Below, piece after piece: positions 18,462 to 29,447 of a stretch of 64,000 nucleotides of DNA. Under the pieces are notes generated by a model. The model saw only the letters and a list, made by a program, of their open reading frames with translations, had not been told where the DNA came from and searched no databases. The DNA is taken from the NCBI GenBank assembly GCA_023244895.1, contig JAHFLL010000001.1:178476-242475 (forward strand), read 5' to 3'. The stretch's first letter is position 1, and each line of letters starts with the position of its first letter. This stretch comes from Candidatus Liptonbacteria bacterium. Lineage in GTDB: Bacteria; Patescibacteriota; Minisyncoccia; UBA6257; 2-01-FULL-56-20. The position numbers were made by a program, and so were the translations under genes.

Positions 18462-19454
18462 ATGTTGAACGAAAAATTAAAACTTAACCCCAGATTATTT
18501 GAAGCCGATGTGGAGATGCGCCCGACTCGGGATGGCTACGGAGAGGGACTGCTCTTAGCGGGAGAGAAAAACAAGAACGTAGTAGCTCTAACCGCGGATT
18601 TATCTGAGTCCACGCGGGCGGATGGATTTGCGAAAAAGTTTCCGGAAAGATTTGTGGAATTGGGCGTAGCGGAGCAAAATCTCGCGACGGTGGCAGCGGG
18701 CATGGGAGTTTCCGGCAAGATAGCGTTTATCTCTTCTTATGCCACATTCTCTCCCGGTCGTAACTGGGAGCAAATCCGAACCACTATCGCTTTTAATGAT
18801 TCCAACGTTAAAATCGCCGGCCATCATACCGGGTTTTCGGTTGGTCCAGACGGAGCTACTCATCAGGCATTGGAGGATATAGCCCTAATGAGGGTGCTCC
18901 CTAATATGAAAGTTTTTGTGCCTTGCGACGCTATTGAGGCGCGCAAAGCAACTCTGGCTGCGGCTCAGATCTGGGGTCCAATTTATCTACGCTTCGGCCG
19001 AGAGAAGACCCCGATTTTTACTACGGAGGCCACACCTTTTCTTCCTGGCAAGCTGGAGGTATTTTGGGGTTCGCCCAAGCCCGCGGTTGCCATTATCGCC
19101 AGCGGTCCCATTATTGGTGAAGCGCTCAAAGCCGCAATGGAACTAAAAAAGCGCAAGATAGAAGTTATTGTAGCTAACTGCCACACGATCTCTCCTATAG
19201 ATAAGGAGGGCATAGAGACCCTAGCCAAGAAGGCGGGCGCTATCGTTACCGTGGAAGAGCATCAGGTGAGAGGTGGGCTGGGCGGAGCGGTTGCGGAGAT
19301 AGTCTCCGGCGCTCATCCCGTGCCGATGGAGTTTGTCGGCGTGAAAAACACCTTCGGAGAATCTGGGGCTCCTGCGGAACTGTGGCAGAAATATGGCATG
19401 ACCGCGAAGGACATAGTTTCCGCCGCGCGCGCCGCGATCCGCCGTAAAAAATAA
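18462..19454 (+). CDS. tkt: Transketolase, C-terminal (pyrimidine-binding/C-terminal) subunit
   Basis: FVELGVAEQNLATVAAGM...ATHQALEDIALMRVLPNMKVFVPCD. Confidence 0.85.
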   Translation: MLNEKLKLNPRLFEADVEMRPTRDGYGEGLLLAGEKNKNVVALTADLSESTRADGFAKKFPERFVELGVAEQNLATVAAGMGVSGKIAFISSYATFSPGRNWEQIRTTIAFNDSNVKIAGHHTGFSVGPDGATHQALEDIALMRVLPNMKVFVPCDAIEARKATLAAAQIWGPIYLRFGREKTPIFTTEATPFLPGKLEVFWGSPKPAVAIIASGPIIGEALKAAMELKKRKIEVIVANCHTISPIDKEGIETLAKKAGAIVTVEEHQVRGGLGGAVAEIVSGAHPVPMEFVGVKNTFGESGAPAELWQKYGMTAKDIVSAARAAIRRKK

Positions 19455-19472
19455 ACTTATTTTGACGCCTGA

Positions 19473-21185
19473 ATGTTTTCAGTTGTCAATCTGAAGGATA
19501 AGTTGGTTAGCTTACGGACCTTTCTGTTCTCGTCCAAGTTTTGGTTGCCAGGATTATTCCTGGTTTTAATCTTCTGCTACGCGTACCGGCCTCTCGCGGA
19601 GTCGGATAGCTTTTATCATCTAAAAGTAGGTGAGCTTATCTGGCAGACTGGAGAGATGCCGCATAGCGATGTTTTCTCTTATACCGCCTCTGGCTCTTTT
19701 TGGGTACCGCACGAATGGTTGGCAGAGCTTATTTTCTATGGGGTGTGGTCTGTTTCTGGATTCTGGGGCCTAATCGGTTTCTGCTCTCTGCTCGCCTCCA
19801 TCGCTTTCTTCCTTATCTATCGCATGATGCTAGAGAGGGGAGTGAATCATTATTTGGGCTCTCTACTCCTATTTGCCTTAGGATATTTTGCCCTGGAGCT
19901 TTGGGTTCCGCGCCCGCAAACATTCGCGTATCTATCTTTTGTCTTCTTAATCTATTGCTTGGAGCGGTATCGCGCGAAACGGGAGCTTAAATATCTATGC
20001 TTGGTCGTGGGCACTATTTGGTTTTGGGCCAACACCAACGCCAGTTTTATTTTAGGCATAGTGGTTTTAGGCTGGTATTTTATTTCTTCTTTTGTCTCGC
20101 GTCGTTACTCTTTAGAAGATAATCTGGGTAGCACGCCCCGTTCGCGGAATATATTTCTGGCGCTTGTCGCCTCTGTGGCGTTAAGCCTTTTGAACCCAAG
20201 CGGATATCATATTTGGCTTTATAGCTGGTATATAGCGCCAACCGTGAAAGCGCTAGACGTTTTCGAATGGCGTCCAATCTGGCGATATTTTTATGAATTT
20301 GAAACAAAAGTTTTCTTGGTGGAACTCGCGGTCTCCGCGGTTTTGCTCTTGTGGTATATGGGTTGGCGGAGAGGGAGCCGGGATTGGACCTTGCTTGGCT
20401 TGGTCTTTGGTATTTCTATCTTGCCCTTTTTATCCATTCGTCACGTCGGATTTTGGCCACTCGCCGCTATCTTGCCGCTTTCTATATCTATCTCAGGTTT
20501 GTTGTCCGGGATCATGGAGAGTGCAAATCAAAAAAAGATTGTCTTGGTTGTGGGGATTGTCGGGCTAGCTATGCTTGCCGGGCGGATCTTGGCTTGGCCT
20601 AAGCTCTATTTTGATCCAAATTATGTGCCATCTTTCGCGGCCGATTTCATAGAGCAAAACAACGTTAAAGGACCATTCTTTAATTTGTATAATGAGGGCG
20701 GATATTTAATTTGGCGGTTTTGGCCCAAGGAAAAAGTTTTTATAGATGGTCGTTCCGAGGTTTACACTCTGCCGGTTCTGGAGGAGTTGTCCGCCATATA
20801 TCATTCCAAGCCTGGTTCGGAAAAATTAATAGATGAGAAATATAAGATTAATTATTTCATCTTGTCTTATCGGGGAGCGTCGGAGCGTGTCGTGGGGCTG
20901 GTGCGTACGCTTATAAATAGGAACTGGCCGATGGTTTATTGGGATGATGCCGTTCTGGTTTTTATAAGACCCAGTGAGGAAAATATGCCGGTTATAAACA
21001 AGTATGCTATTCGCCACCTAAATCCCTTCCGTATGCCCGGCGACATACCCCAAGAGGAGTCAAAAGAGGCGGCCTTGGAGGCAAATCTCCTTTTAGAAAG
21101 AATTCCGCACTCCAGGGTGATAGAGGCGTACATCTGGGAGCTGCTTGGGTCTCGCAAGCCCCAAGAAGTTAAGCCGGGGCAGTAG
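19473..21185 (+). CDS. Polytopic membrane protein, possible GT-C-fold glycosyltransferase
   Basis: About 11 TM segments then a soluble C-terminal domain. ESDSFYH acidic motif in the first loop. Family unassigned. Confidence 0.4.
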   Translation: MFSVVNLKDKLVSLRTFLFSSKFWLPGLFLVLIFCYAYRPLAESDSFYHLKVGELIWQTGEMPHSDVFSYTASGSFWVPHEWLAELIFYGVWSVSGFWGLIGFCSLLASIAFFLIYRMMLERGVNHYLGSLLLFALGYFALELWVPRPQTFAYLSFVFLIYCLERYRAKRELKYLCLVVGTIWFWANTNASFILGIVVLGWYFISSFVSRRYSLEDNLGSTPRSRNIFLALVASVALSLLNPSGYHIWLYSWYIAPTVKALDVFEWRPIWRYFYEFETKVFLVELAVSAVLLLWYMGWRRGSRDWTLLGLVFGISILPFLSIRHVGFWPLAAILPLSISISGLLSGIMESANQKKIVLVVGIVGLAMLAGRILAWPKLYFDPNYVPSFAADFIEQNNVKGPFFNLYNEGGYLIWRFWPKEKVFIDGRSEVYTLPVLEELSAIYHSKPGSEKLIDEKYKINYFILSYRGASERVVGLVRTLINRNWPMVYWDDAVLVFIRPSEENMPVINKYAIRHLNPFRMPGDIPQEESKEAALEANLLLERIPHSRVIEAYIWELLGSRKPQEVKPGQ

Positions 21186-21213
21186 CGGGAGCGTGTGGTA
21201 TAATAAAAAGAAA

Positions 21214-22206
21214 ATGGCGGAGAAGTACGACTTTATAGCTATCGGGGATATTGTGGTGGATGAGTTTATCCGGCTCAAGGAAGCGTCGGTTCATTGTAAT
21301 ATCAACCACGAATCTTGCGAGATATGCATGCGTTTTGCGGATAAGGTCCCTTTTGAAGAGGCATATTTTGTGCCGGCGGTAGGCAATAGTCCCAATGCCG
21401 CCGTTTCCGCCGCTCGCCTCGGGCTTAAAACCGCGCTCGTAACCAATCTAGGAGAAGATGATTATGGCCGCGACTGTCTAGCTGCTCTGCGGGCCGCGGG
21501 GGTGGCTCAGAAATTCGTTAAAATTCATCCCGGTTGTCGCACTAATCATCACTATGTGCTTTGGTACCACGACGAACGCACTATTCTAATTAAGCACGAG
21601 GTTTATGCTTATGCCTTGCCGGACATAGGTGAGCCAAGCTGGATATATCTTTCCTCCATGGGAGAAACCAGTTTGGAATTTCATTCTCAGATTGCCAAAT
21701 ATCTTAACGACCATCCCACAATAAAAATGGCCTTTCAGCCGGGCACTTATCAAATAAGATTTGGCGCGGACAAGCTAAAAGATATTTACGCGCGCACGGA
21801 AGTAGTTTTTTGCAACAAGGAGGAGTCTCAAAGAATCCTTAAGACAGAGGAGGAGGATGTAAAAAAATTGTTAGCGGGCATGCGCGGGCTTGGGCCTAAG
21901 ATAGCGGTCATTACCGACGGCAAAGCAGGCGCATATGTCTCGGATGGGAAATGGACCTGGTTTATGCCCGGCTACCCGGATCCCAAGCCGCCCTTGGAGC
22001 GGACCGGCGCGGGCGACGCGTTTTCTTCCGCCTTTACTGCCGCGCTGTGCCTGGGGCTGGACATAGAAACCGCTTTGCGTTGGGCACCGATCAACTCTAT
22101 GTCGGTGGTACAAGGCGTAGGAGCGCAAGCGGGTCTTCTCACCAGGGAGCAACTATTGGATTATCTCAAAAATGCGCCGGCAGACTACGCTCCTAAAAAT
22201 ATTTAA
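21214..22206 (+). CDS. PfkB-family carbohydrate kinase (ribokinase-like)
   Basis: C-terminal TGAGDAFSSAFTAAL anion-hole motif. Start set at ATG 21214 (MAEKYDFIAIGD). Confidence 0.75.
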   Translation: MAEKYDFIAIGDIVVDEFIRLKEASVHCNINHESCEICMRFADKVPFEEAYFVPAVGNSPNAAVSAARLGLKTALVTNLGEDDYGRDCLAALRAAGVAQKFVKIHPGCRTNHHYVLWYHDERTILIKHEVYAYALPDIGEPSWIYLSSMGETSLEFHSQIAKYLNDHPTIKMAFQPGTYQIRFGADKLKDIYARTEVVFCNKEESQRILKTEEEDVKKLLAGMRGLGPKIAVITDGKAGAYVSDGKWTWFMPGYPDPKPPLERTGAGDAFSSAFTAALCLGLDIETALRWAPINSMSVVQGVGAQAGLLTREQLLDYLKNAPADYAPKNI

Positions 22207-22212
22207 AACAAA

Positions 22213-23079
22213 ATGACCTCTTTACGCGACGCGATAAAAAATGCGACAGAGAAAAAGATTGCGATCGGTCATTTCAATATCTCCGATAGTGTTGCCCTGG
22301 AAGCCATCTTTGAATCGGCGCGAGAGCTAAATTTACCGGTCATAATCGGAGCGTCGGAAGGTGAGCGGAAGTTTTTGGGAGTAGAACAGATTGTGGCTAT
22401 GGTGCGGGGTTTAAGAGAAGAATACGACTACCCTATATTTTTGAATGCTGACCATACCCATTCTTTTGATTCCGCCGTCAAAGCGGCGCAAGCTGGATTT
22501 GACGCGGTACTGTTAGACGGCGGCAAGCTGTCTTGGGAGGAAAACCTTGCTACGACCCAAAAGGCAGTAGAAGCTATTAGAAAAATAAACCCCGAAATAA
22601 TAGTGGAAGGGGAGATTGGTTATATTGGCAGCTCGTCGGAGATGTTGGACAAGGTTCCGGCAGGAGCCGCGCTCACGGTGGAAGATTTGACCTCGCCCGA
22701 ACAGGCTCATGAGTTTGTTCTTAAGACGGGCGTAGACCTGCTTGCGCCCGCGGTAGGGAACTTGCATGGCATGTTCAAAAACGCGCCTAATCCCAGATTG
22801 GACATAGCAAGAATAAGCGCAATCGCGGGAGCGGCGGGCGTGCCTTTAGTTTTACATGGGGGGTCGGGCATAGTGGACGAAGATTTCAAGAGCGCCATCC
22901 GAGCCGGCATAAGAATCGTTCATATCAATACAGAAATAAGATTGGCTTGGCGTAAGGGCATGGAAGCCGGCTTAGCTAAAGACGAAAACGAGGTTGCTCC
23001 ATACAAAATAGAGGAAGTGGCCCTCTCTAACGTGAAAGAGGTGGTCTCTTATCGTTTGCGCCTTTTTAGCGGACTTTAG
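22213..23079 (+). CDS. fba: Class II fructose-bisphosphate aldolase
   Basis: IAIGHFN, ADHTHSFD, LVLHGGSG motifs. Confidence 0.85.
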   Translation: MTSLRDAIKNATEKKIAIGHFNISDSVALEAIFESARELNLPVIIGASEGERKFLGVEQIVAMVRGLREEYDYPIFLNADHTHSFDSAVKAAQAGFDAVLLDGGKLSWEENLATTQKAVEAIRKINPEIIVEGEIGYIGSSSEMLDKVPAGAALTVEDLTSPEQAHEFVLKTGVDLLAPAVGNLHGMFKNAPNPRLDIARISAIAGAAGVPLVLHGGSGIVDEDFKSAIRAGIRIVHINTEIRLAWRKGMEAGLAKDENEVAPYKIEEVALSNVKEVVSYRLRLFSGL

Positions 23080-23167
23080 CATGTCTGATTTTAAGATTAA
23101 TATTTGCCGCTTAGATTCTGTCTCCTGATCTTGCCAAGCCCCGTTTTATCTGCTATTCTAGGGAACC

Positions 23168-23830
23168 ATGACTATACAGTTGAAGGCGGACAAGAGAGAT
23201 AAGTTCGGAAAAGCTAACCGCGCCCTCCGCGAGCAAGGCCTGATTCCAGCCGAGCTTTACGGCCACGGCTTGGACAATCTACACATCTCCGTTTCAGTAA
23301 AGGATTTTGAGAAGGTTTTCCGCGAAGCGGGAGAGAACACTGTAGTGGAGCTTTCTTTGGATGGCAAAAAGCATCCCGCCATCATTCACGATGTTCAGAA
23401 AGATTTTTTGAGTGATTCCGTGGAGCACATTGATTTCTATGAAGTGCGCATGGATGAAGTCATCCGAGTGCATGTGCCGATTGAGTTGATAGGAGAGTCT
23501 CCGGCGGTTAAGGAGCAGGGCGGTATGCTTAACCAGTCCATGCAAGAAATTGAGGTAGAAGCTCTACCCGCCAAAGTACCCGCCAAATTTACCCTAGACG
23601 TCAGCGGACTTATTGAGCTTAACCAGAGCTTATACGTCAAAGATTTGGATATTCCCAAGGATGCCAAGATTATGGTAGAGCCGGAGGCAGTAATCGTTTC
23701 GGTCATGCCTCCTAGAAAAGAAGAAGAGGTAAAGCCGGTTGAAGCAGTGGATCTAAGCGCGGTTAAGGTTGAGTCTGAAGAGAAGAAGGCGGAGAGAGAT
23801 AAGGATAAAGAGGCTACTCAGGACAAGTAA
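23168..23830 (+). CDS. rplY: 50S ribosomal protein L25 / general stress protein Ctc
   Basis: MTIQLKADKRDKFGKANRALREQGLIPAELYG N-terminus. Acidic C-terminal extension of the Ctc type. Confidence 0.8.
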   Translation: MTIQLKADKRDKFGKANRALREQGLIPAELYGHGLDNLHISVSVKDFEKVFREAGENTVVELSLDGKKHPAIIHDVQKDFLSDSVEHIDFYEVRMDEVIRVHVPIELIGESPAVKEQGGMLNQSMQEIEVEALPAKVPAKFTLDVSGLIELNQSLYVKDLDIPKDAKIMVEPEAVIVSVMPPRKEEEVKPVEAVDLSAVKVESEEKKAERDKDKEATQDK

Positions 23831-23850
23831 TCCTGCCCATTTTATGGATA

Positions 23851-23887
23851 AATCAACCTCCGCCGAGCGGGGGTTGATTTGTTTTTC
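23851..23887 (+). terminator. Rho-independent terminator after rplY
   Basis: aatcaacctccg-ccga-gcgggggttgatt hairpin followed by tgttttt. Confidence 0.6.
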
Positions 23888-23975
23888 GCCGGCCTTGCTT
23901 ACTAATGATTTAGGTTCTGAAACGTCAATTAATATAGTATGCGACATTATCCACGCTACAGTGAGGTAAAGAAGA

Positions 23976-25439
23976 ATGGGAAATGGCTTATTTGTGTTAC
24001 AATTTATGAGAATGGCCAAGCTGCTTAAACCGCGAATATTGCAGGACGTTCGTCATACGGATGCGACTGTTTTTAATTTTATTGCGACCAGGATTAATCT
24101 GGGTTCAAAGCGTTCTTTACGGATACCCGCCACCATGCTCACTAAAGTGGCAGTGGTGCTTTTAGCTATCTGGTATATGGTTTTGGGATCGGTTTTTGCT
24201 CCTACCACTCAAATATTCGCGGCCAACGCCGGGACTTCCGCCGAACAAAGACAAGAATTGGAGAAACAATTAAAAGAGTTGGAAGACCAGATAGAGCAAT
24301 ACGAAAATCAGATAGTTGGCTACCAAAAGCAGGGTAGTTCTCTCAAAAATGAGGTGGCCAAGCTCACCAGCAAAATATCCAAACTGAGATTGCAAATTAA
24401 GGCGGTTAATCTCACGCTTGTTCAGCTGAGCTCTAAAATTTCCGAAGCTCAAGAAAAAATAAATAGCGCGGAGGTTAGTATAGATGAAAAGCAAGATATT
24501 TTAGGGGAACTATTACGCCGCATATATCAGTACGATAGCTCTAACTTGATGGAGATATTTTTAGCCAACCCGCGCCTCTCGGAGTTCTACAGCGATGTTA
24601 ATAACGTTACTCTTTTACAGGGAGATTTGCGTAAGACCATCAATGAGATCACCGACTTAAAGAACGAGCTGGAAGACCAGAAGGACCAATATGCTTTAGC
24701 TCAAGCGGACGCGAAAACCATTCAGGAATACCAGCTTTCCCAGCAGAAAGAGAGTGAACAACTAGCTCAGCAGAAAAACAGCTTGCTTTCCATAACCAAA
24801 AATCAAGAATCTCGCTATCAGCAATTATTGAAAGAAACCAAAAAAACCGCCGCCGAGATAAGAAGTCGTATCTTTGAACTCTTGGGCGGAGGGGAGATGA
24901 CTTTTGAGCAGGCTTACAATATGGCTAAGATGGCGGAAGGAGCTACCGGTGTTCGGGCAGCTATGATTCTGGCGGTTTTGGACAGAGAGTCGGCTCTTGG
25001 TAAGAACGTGGGCCGTTGCGACTATACGACTTCTATGAGCCCAAAGAACCAGGTTATATTTTTAGATATTCTAAAAGAGTTGAATCTAGCTACGGATGCG
25101 GTTAAAGTTTCTTGCGCGAACGCGGACGGAGTCTATGGCGGGGCCATGGGCCCGGCCCAGTTTATTCCTTCCACCTGGGTTCTCTACAAAGCGCGGATTG
25201 AAGCGATTACCAATCGGGCTCCGGCATCGCCCTGGAATAATGGAGACGCATTTTTGGCGACCGCCTTGTATCTTAAGGATGCCGGTGCGGCAGGCGGCGG
25301 TCTGTCGCAGGAACGTATCGCGGCGGCTAAATATTACGCAGGCGGAAACTATAAAAGATTCTTGTGGACCTATGGGGAGGCAGTCGTAAGTCGCGCGCAG
25401 AGGTTTGAGCAGGATATCGCTGCCATTACGGGATCATAA
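23976..25439 (+). CDS. Coiled-coil protein with C-terminal lytic-transglycosylase/lysozyme-like domain
   Basis: Long heptad-rich region. Then DRESALG...GAMGPAQFIPSTW...YYAGGNY resembling SLT-domain motifs (E-S, GLMQ.mPsTa, AYNAG). Start uncertain; an alternative is the signal-anchor Met at 24135. Confidence 0.6.
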   Translation: MGNGLFVLQFMRMAKLLKPRILQDVRHTDATVFNFIATRINLGSKRSLRIPATMLTKVAVVLLAIWYMVLGSVFAPTTQIFAANAGTSAEQRQELEKQLKELEDQIEQYENQIVGYQKQGSSLKNEVAKLTSKISKLRLQIKAVNLTLVQLSSKISEAQEKINSAEVSIDEKQDILGELLRRIYQYDSSNLMEIFLANPRLSEFYSDVNNVTLLQGDLRKTINEITDLKNELEDQKDQYALAQADAKTIQEYQLSQQKESEQLAQQKNSLLSITKNQESRYQQLLKETKKTAAEIRSRIFELLGGGEMTFEQAYNMAKMAEGATGVRAAMILAVLDRESALGKNVGRCDYTTSMSPKNQVIFLDILKELNLATDAVKVSCANADGVYGGAMGPAQFIPSTWVLYKARIEAITNRAPASPWNNGDAFLATALYLKDAGAAGGGLSQERIAAAKYYAGGNYKRFLWTYGEAVVSRAQRFEQDIAAITGS

Positions 25440-25440
25440 A

Positions 25441-26715
25441 ATGAGACCTCAAAAACATATTTTTAAAAACGGCTTGAGCCTGTTAATGATTCCGCAGGCT
25501 CAGAATTTAGCTGTCACGGTCCTCGTTATAGTTAAGGCCGGTTCAGAATACGAAGTTAAGGAAATAAGCGGCATCTCCCATTTCTTGGAGCATATGGTTT
25601 TTAAGGGTACTAAGCGCCGACCCAAACCAGGTGATATTTCCAGAGAGCTGGAGGCGATGGGAGCGGAGTACAATGCTTTTACCGGGCGGGAGTGGACCAT
25701 GTATTACGCTAAATCGGAGAAGGGAAATACGCACCATATCTTAGACATGGTAATGGACATGTATCAAGACCCCTTATTAGATAGCGCAGAGATAGAAAAG
25801 GAAAAGGGAGTCATTATAGAAGAAATAAACCTTTATGAAGATACCCCCTCCCGCAAGGTGCACGACGTTTTCGCGCGACTACTTTATGGCGATCAGCCAG
25901 CTGGATGGGATATAGCGGGAAGTAAAAAAGTAGTTCACTCCCTCAAAAAAGAGGATTTCTTAGCTTATCGCAAGAAGCACTACGTACCAGCCGGAACAAT
26001 AGTCGTTGTCGCGGGAGCGTTTTCTCCAATAAAGATTAAGCAGGAGGTAGGTAAAGCTATGGGGAGTTTACCGTCGGGCAAGTCTATTTCTAAACCCAAA
26101 ACAGTTCAGGACCAGAAACAGCCTCGTTTATCGGTTGTGTTTAAGGATTCTCAGCAGAGTCATTTAGTTCTGGGCTTTCCGGCTTGCGATGTTTTTGATA
26201 GGCGTCGCCACGCCCTGCATGTTCTGGCAGAAGTTTTGGGTGGGGGCATGAGCTCTCGTTTGTTTTCCAGGATCAGGGAGGAAATGGGCGCTGCTTATTA
26301 CGTGCGGGCGGAAGAAGAATTTCTGATGGATCATGGTTATTTCGCAATCTCGGCCGGGGTGGAGGTTAGCAAGATAGAGCTGGTCATTAAGGAAATAATT
26401 AAGGAGCTCCGTGTACTGAAAGAGGAGTTAGTCCCCAGGCATGAGCTCCAGAAGGCCAAGGGGCATCTTTTGGGGGGACTAATGCTAGGGCTTGAAACAT
26501 CAGATGACCTAGCGAGTTTTTATGGAGGGCAGGAGACTTTGACCGGCAAGCTTCTGTCTCCACAGGAGATAACCCGCGCGATAAAGAAGGTGACTCCGGA
26601 AGAGATAAGAGAAGCGGCCAGGGACTTTTTCCTGTCTCCCAAATTGAATTTGGCTGTTATTGGACCATATCCAAAGGAAGCGCCCTTCCGTAAGCTGATT
26701 AAGTTGCCGCTCTGA
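25441..26715 (+). CDS. M16-family zinc peptidase (pitrilysin-like)
   Basis: HFLEHMVFKGT inverted zinc-binding motif HxxEH. Confidence 0.8.
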   Translation: MRPQKHIFKNGLSLLMIPQAQNLAVTVLVIVKAGSEYEVKEISGISHFLEHMVFKGTKRRPKPGDISRELEAMGAEYNAFTGREWTMYYAKSEKGNTHHILDMVMDMYQDPLLDSAEIEKEKGVIIEEINLYEDTPSRKVHDVFARLLYGDQPAGWDIAGSKKVVHSLKKEDFLAYRKKHYVPAGTIVVVAGAFSPIKIKQEVGKAMGSLPSGKSISKPKTVQDQKQPRLSVVFKDSQQSHLVLGFPACDVFDRRRHALHVLAEVLGGGMSSRLFSRIREEMGAAYYVRAEEEFLMDHGYFAISAGVEVSKIELVIKEIIKELRVLKEELVPRHELQKAKGHLLGGLMLGLETSDDLASFYGGQETLTGKLLSPQEITRAIKKVTPEEIREAARDFFLSPKLNLAVIGPYPKEAPFRKLIKLPL

Positions 26716-26828
26716 CGTAACTTATCCAAATCTGCCACGTTCTAGCCCAGGATAAGCCCAGGCCCCATTGCGTATCGTTTCCCCTTGGGGCGGGTTTGGG
26801 TTTATAATGAAGCAACCCCAGTTCTCTC

Positions 26829-27854
26829 ATGGTTAAGAACCCCTATGATGTAAATTGGACGAGTTTGTGGCGAATACTTTTTTTCGTCGCTTTCGCGTTC
26901 TTGATGTATTCCTCCGTTAATATATTAATGGGCCTATTTCTGGCCCTAGTCATTTCCTCCGGCCTAGAATTCATAGTTAATTTTTTGGAGAGAAGAGGCT
27001 TGCCCAGAACCCTGGGCGTAGTTATGATTTTTCTAGTAAGTATTTTGGTCGTGATAATTTTAGTTTACACCGCAATACCTCTCTTGATAGTGGACATAAA
27101 TACCGCCCTTCTTAATTTTGGCAAACTCGCCAAAACTAGCTGGTGGGGGGGCGTGCTTAATATAAAAACAAGCCAATCCATAAACATCTTGGTTAACCAA
27201 CTTTCCTCCCGTCTCTTTTCGGGTGATGCCTCTCCCTTGGGCGCTATCACCGGCATATTCGGCAGCCTGGCCCTATCTTTCTCTGTGATTATTACATCCT
27301 TTTATCTAAGCCTAAGCCATGACGGAGTGGAGAGGTTTATCCGCGCCATTGTTCCGCATAGCCACGAGGATAGGGTCCTGCGCATATACGAAAACTCCAG
27401 AAAAAGGATAGGCTATTGGTTCAGATCCCAGATACTTTTAAGTTTAACTATGGGAGTTTTGGTTATGATAACCCTCTCTATCTTGGGTGTGCGCTATGCT
27501 ATCCTGCTCGGGTTGGTGGCGGCGGTTTTTGAGTTGGTGCCGTTTATCGGTCCGATTCTGGCCGGTTCCGCCGCAACCATTTCCGCCCTCACTTCTTCGC
27601 CTGGTTTAGCCATCGCCACTCTAATCGCCTTTGTCGTTTTACATCAGATAGAAAGCCATCTATTGGTGCCCCTTTTAATAGGGCGGAGCGTGGGTCTTCA
27701 TCCTGTTATTGTGATTATGGCCTTGCTTATTGGTGCCGAGGCGGGTGGTCTTTTGGGCATATTGATTTCTGTTCCAGCCGCGGTAGTATTGCAGGAAGTG
27801 GTTGAGAACTGGTCCGGAAAGAGTAATCGACCAGTCCAAGCCACTTTAATCTAA
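26829..27854 (+). CDS. AI-2E family transporter (UPF0118/PerM)
   Basis: 8-TM topology, about 340 aa, characteristic of AI-2E/YdiK. Confidence 0.65.
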   Translation: MVKNPYDVNWTSLWRILFFVAFAFLMYSSVNILMGLFLALVISSGLEFIVNFLERRGLPRTLGVVMIFLVSILVVIILVYTAIPLLIVDINTALLNFGKLAKTSWWGGVLNIKTSQSINILVNQLSSRLFSGDASPLGAITGIFGSLALSFSVIITSFYLSLSHDGVERFIRAIVPHSHEDRVLRIYENSRKRIGYWFRSQILLSLTMGVLVMITLSILGVRYAILLGLVAAVFELVPFIGPILAGSAATISALTSSPGLAIATLIAFVVLHQIESHLLVPLLIGRSVGLHPVIVIMALLIGAEAGGLLGILISVPAAVVLQEVVENWSGKSNRPVQATLI

Positions 27855-27954
27855 ACAGGGAACACGTATCATATGCCACGCAACACAGAGCGCACAACGC
27901 GTCCCCATGTTGCCAATCCCTATCTCGTGTTCCATGCTATGTGTGCCATGATTT

Positions 27955-29412
27955 ATGTCTAATAAGTTTTATATAACTACTACTTTGCCGTATGTGAATG
28001 CGGCGCCTCATATTGGATTTGCCTTGGAAATAGTCCAGGCGGATGTTTTGGCCCGTTATGCCAGTTTGCGTGGCAGGGAGGTGGTTTTTAACACCGGTAC
28101 GGATGAGCATGGGCTAAAGATTTATCGCAAGGCCATAGAAGAAGGCAAAGACCCGCAGGCTTACGTGGATGAGTACGCCGCCAAATTTGAGCGTTTAAAA
28201 AATGCGCTAAACGTTAGCTATACTAATTTTGTCCGTACCACCGACCCGCACCACATAAAAGCAGCTCAAGATTTTTGGACCAGGTGTGAGAAGGCGGGGG
28301 ATATATATAAGAAGTTCTATAGCGTTAAATATTGCGTCGGCTGCGAGTTGGAAAAGACCGATTCCGAACTAGTGGAAGGCAGGTGCCCAGTCCATCCTAA
28401 TCTGGAGCTGGAGGCGATTGAAGAGGAAAACTATTTCTTCAGGTTCTCTAAGTATCAACAACCGCTTCTCCATTTATATTCCGAACATCCCGATTTTGTG
28501 GTGCCGGATTATCGTTTAACCGAAATAAAGAATTTTGTTTCCGGCGGACTGCAGGATTTCAGCATTTCCCGACTCAAAGAGAAAATGCCTTGGGGTATAC
28601 CCGTGCCGGGAGACGATAAGCACGTTATGTACGTTTGGTTTGATGCGCTCATAAATTACATTTCCACTCTGGGTTGGCCGGAGAATCAGAAAAAATTTGA
28701 AGAATTCTGGGGAACCGCGGGGCATCCGAATGCGCTCCAGATAGCCGGTAAAGATAATCTGCGCCAGCAGTCCGCCATTTGGCAGGCGATGTTGCTTTCG
28801 GCCGGAGTTCCGACTTCCCGTCAAGTATTGATTCACGGATTTATCACAAGCGAGGGAGAGAAGATGTCAAAGAGCCTAGGCAACGTCGTGGATCCGTTTG
28901 TTATCGTTGACAAATACGGCACGGACGCGCTGCGTTATTGGCTGACCCGGGAGATGCCGACTTTTAATGATGGCGATTTTACGATTGAAAGATTTGAAGA
29001 AAGTTACAACGCCAGTTTAGCGAACGGCCTGGGTAATTTGGTCAGTAGGATAATGAAGATGGCGAGCGCGAATGGAGTTGGGTTGGATTGGGAAAAAGCG
29101 GACGAGGGATTAAATTGGGAGACGGAGGGCTATGCGGAGTATCTGGAAACGGCTCAGATTCAGCAGGCTGCGGAGATAATTTGGCGGGAGGCGCGCAAGG
29201 CAGATCAGTATATTCAGGAGAAGGAGCCATTTAAGGTCATAAAGACCGACCCAGAAAAGGCTAAAAAGGACATCCTTATCCTACTCGGAGAATTATGGAC
29301 TATTGGCCGACTACTCGAACCATTTTTGCCCGAAACGAGTGCGCGCATTATAAACGCCATAAAGGATAATCATGAAATCAGCCAGCCGCTATTTCCCAGG
29401 ATTAGTAGCTAG
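27955..29412 (+). CDS. metG: Methionine--tRNA ligase (short form)
   Basis: [15 protein letters not shown]-type motif, KMSKSLGN, zinc knuckle CVGCELEK...CPVH. Confidence 0.9.
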   Translation: MSNKFYITTTLPYVNAAPHIGFALEIVQADVLARYASLRGREVVFNTGTDEHGLKIYRKAIEEGKDPQAYVDEYAAKFERLKNALNVSYTNFVRTTDPHHIKAAQDFWTRCEKAGDIYKKFYSVKYCVGCELEKTDSELVEGRCPVHPNLELEAIEEENYFFRFSKYQQPLLHLYSEHPDFVVPDYRLTEIKNFVSGGLQDFSISRLKEKMPWGIPVPGDDKHVMYVWFDALINYISTLGWPENQKKFEEFWGTAGHPNALQIAGKDNLRQQSAIWQAMLLSAGVPTSRQVLIHGFITSEGEKMSKSLGNVVDPFVIVDKYGTDALRYWLTREMPTFNDGDFTIERFEESYNASLANGLGNLVSRIMKMASANGVGLDWEKADEGLNWETEGYAEYLETAQIQQAAEIIWREARKADQYIQEKEPFKVIKTDPEKAKKDILILLGELWTIGRLLEPFLPETSARIINAIKDNHEISQPLFPRISS

Positions 29413-29447
29413 AAGTTAGAATGTAGAAAATAGAAGGTAAAAAATAA

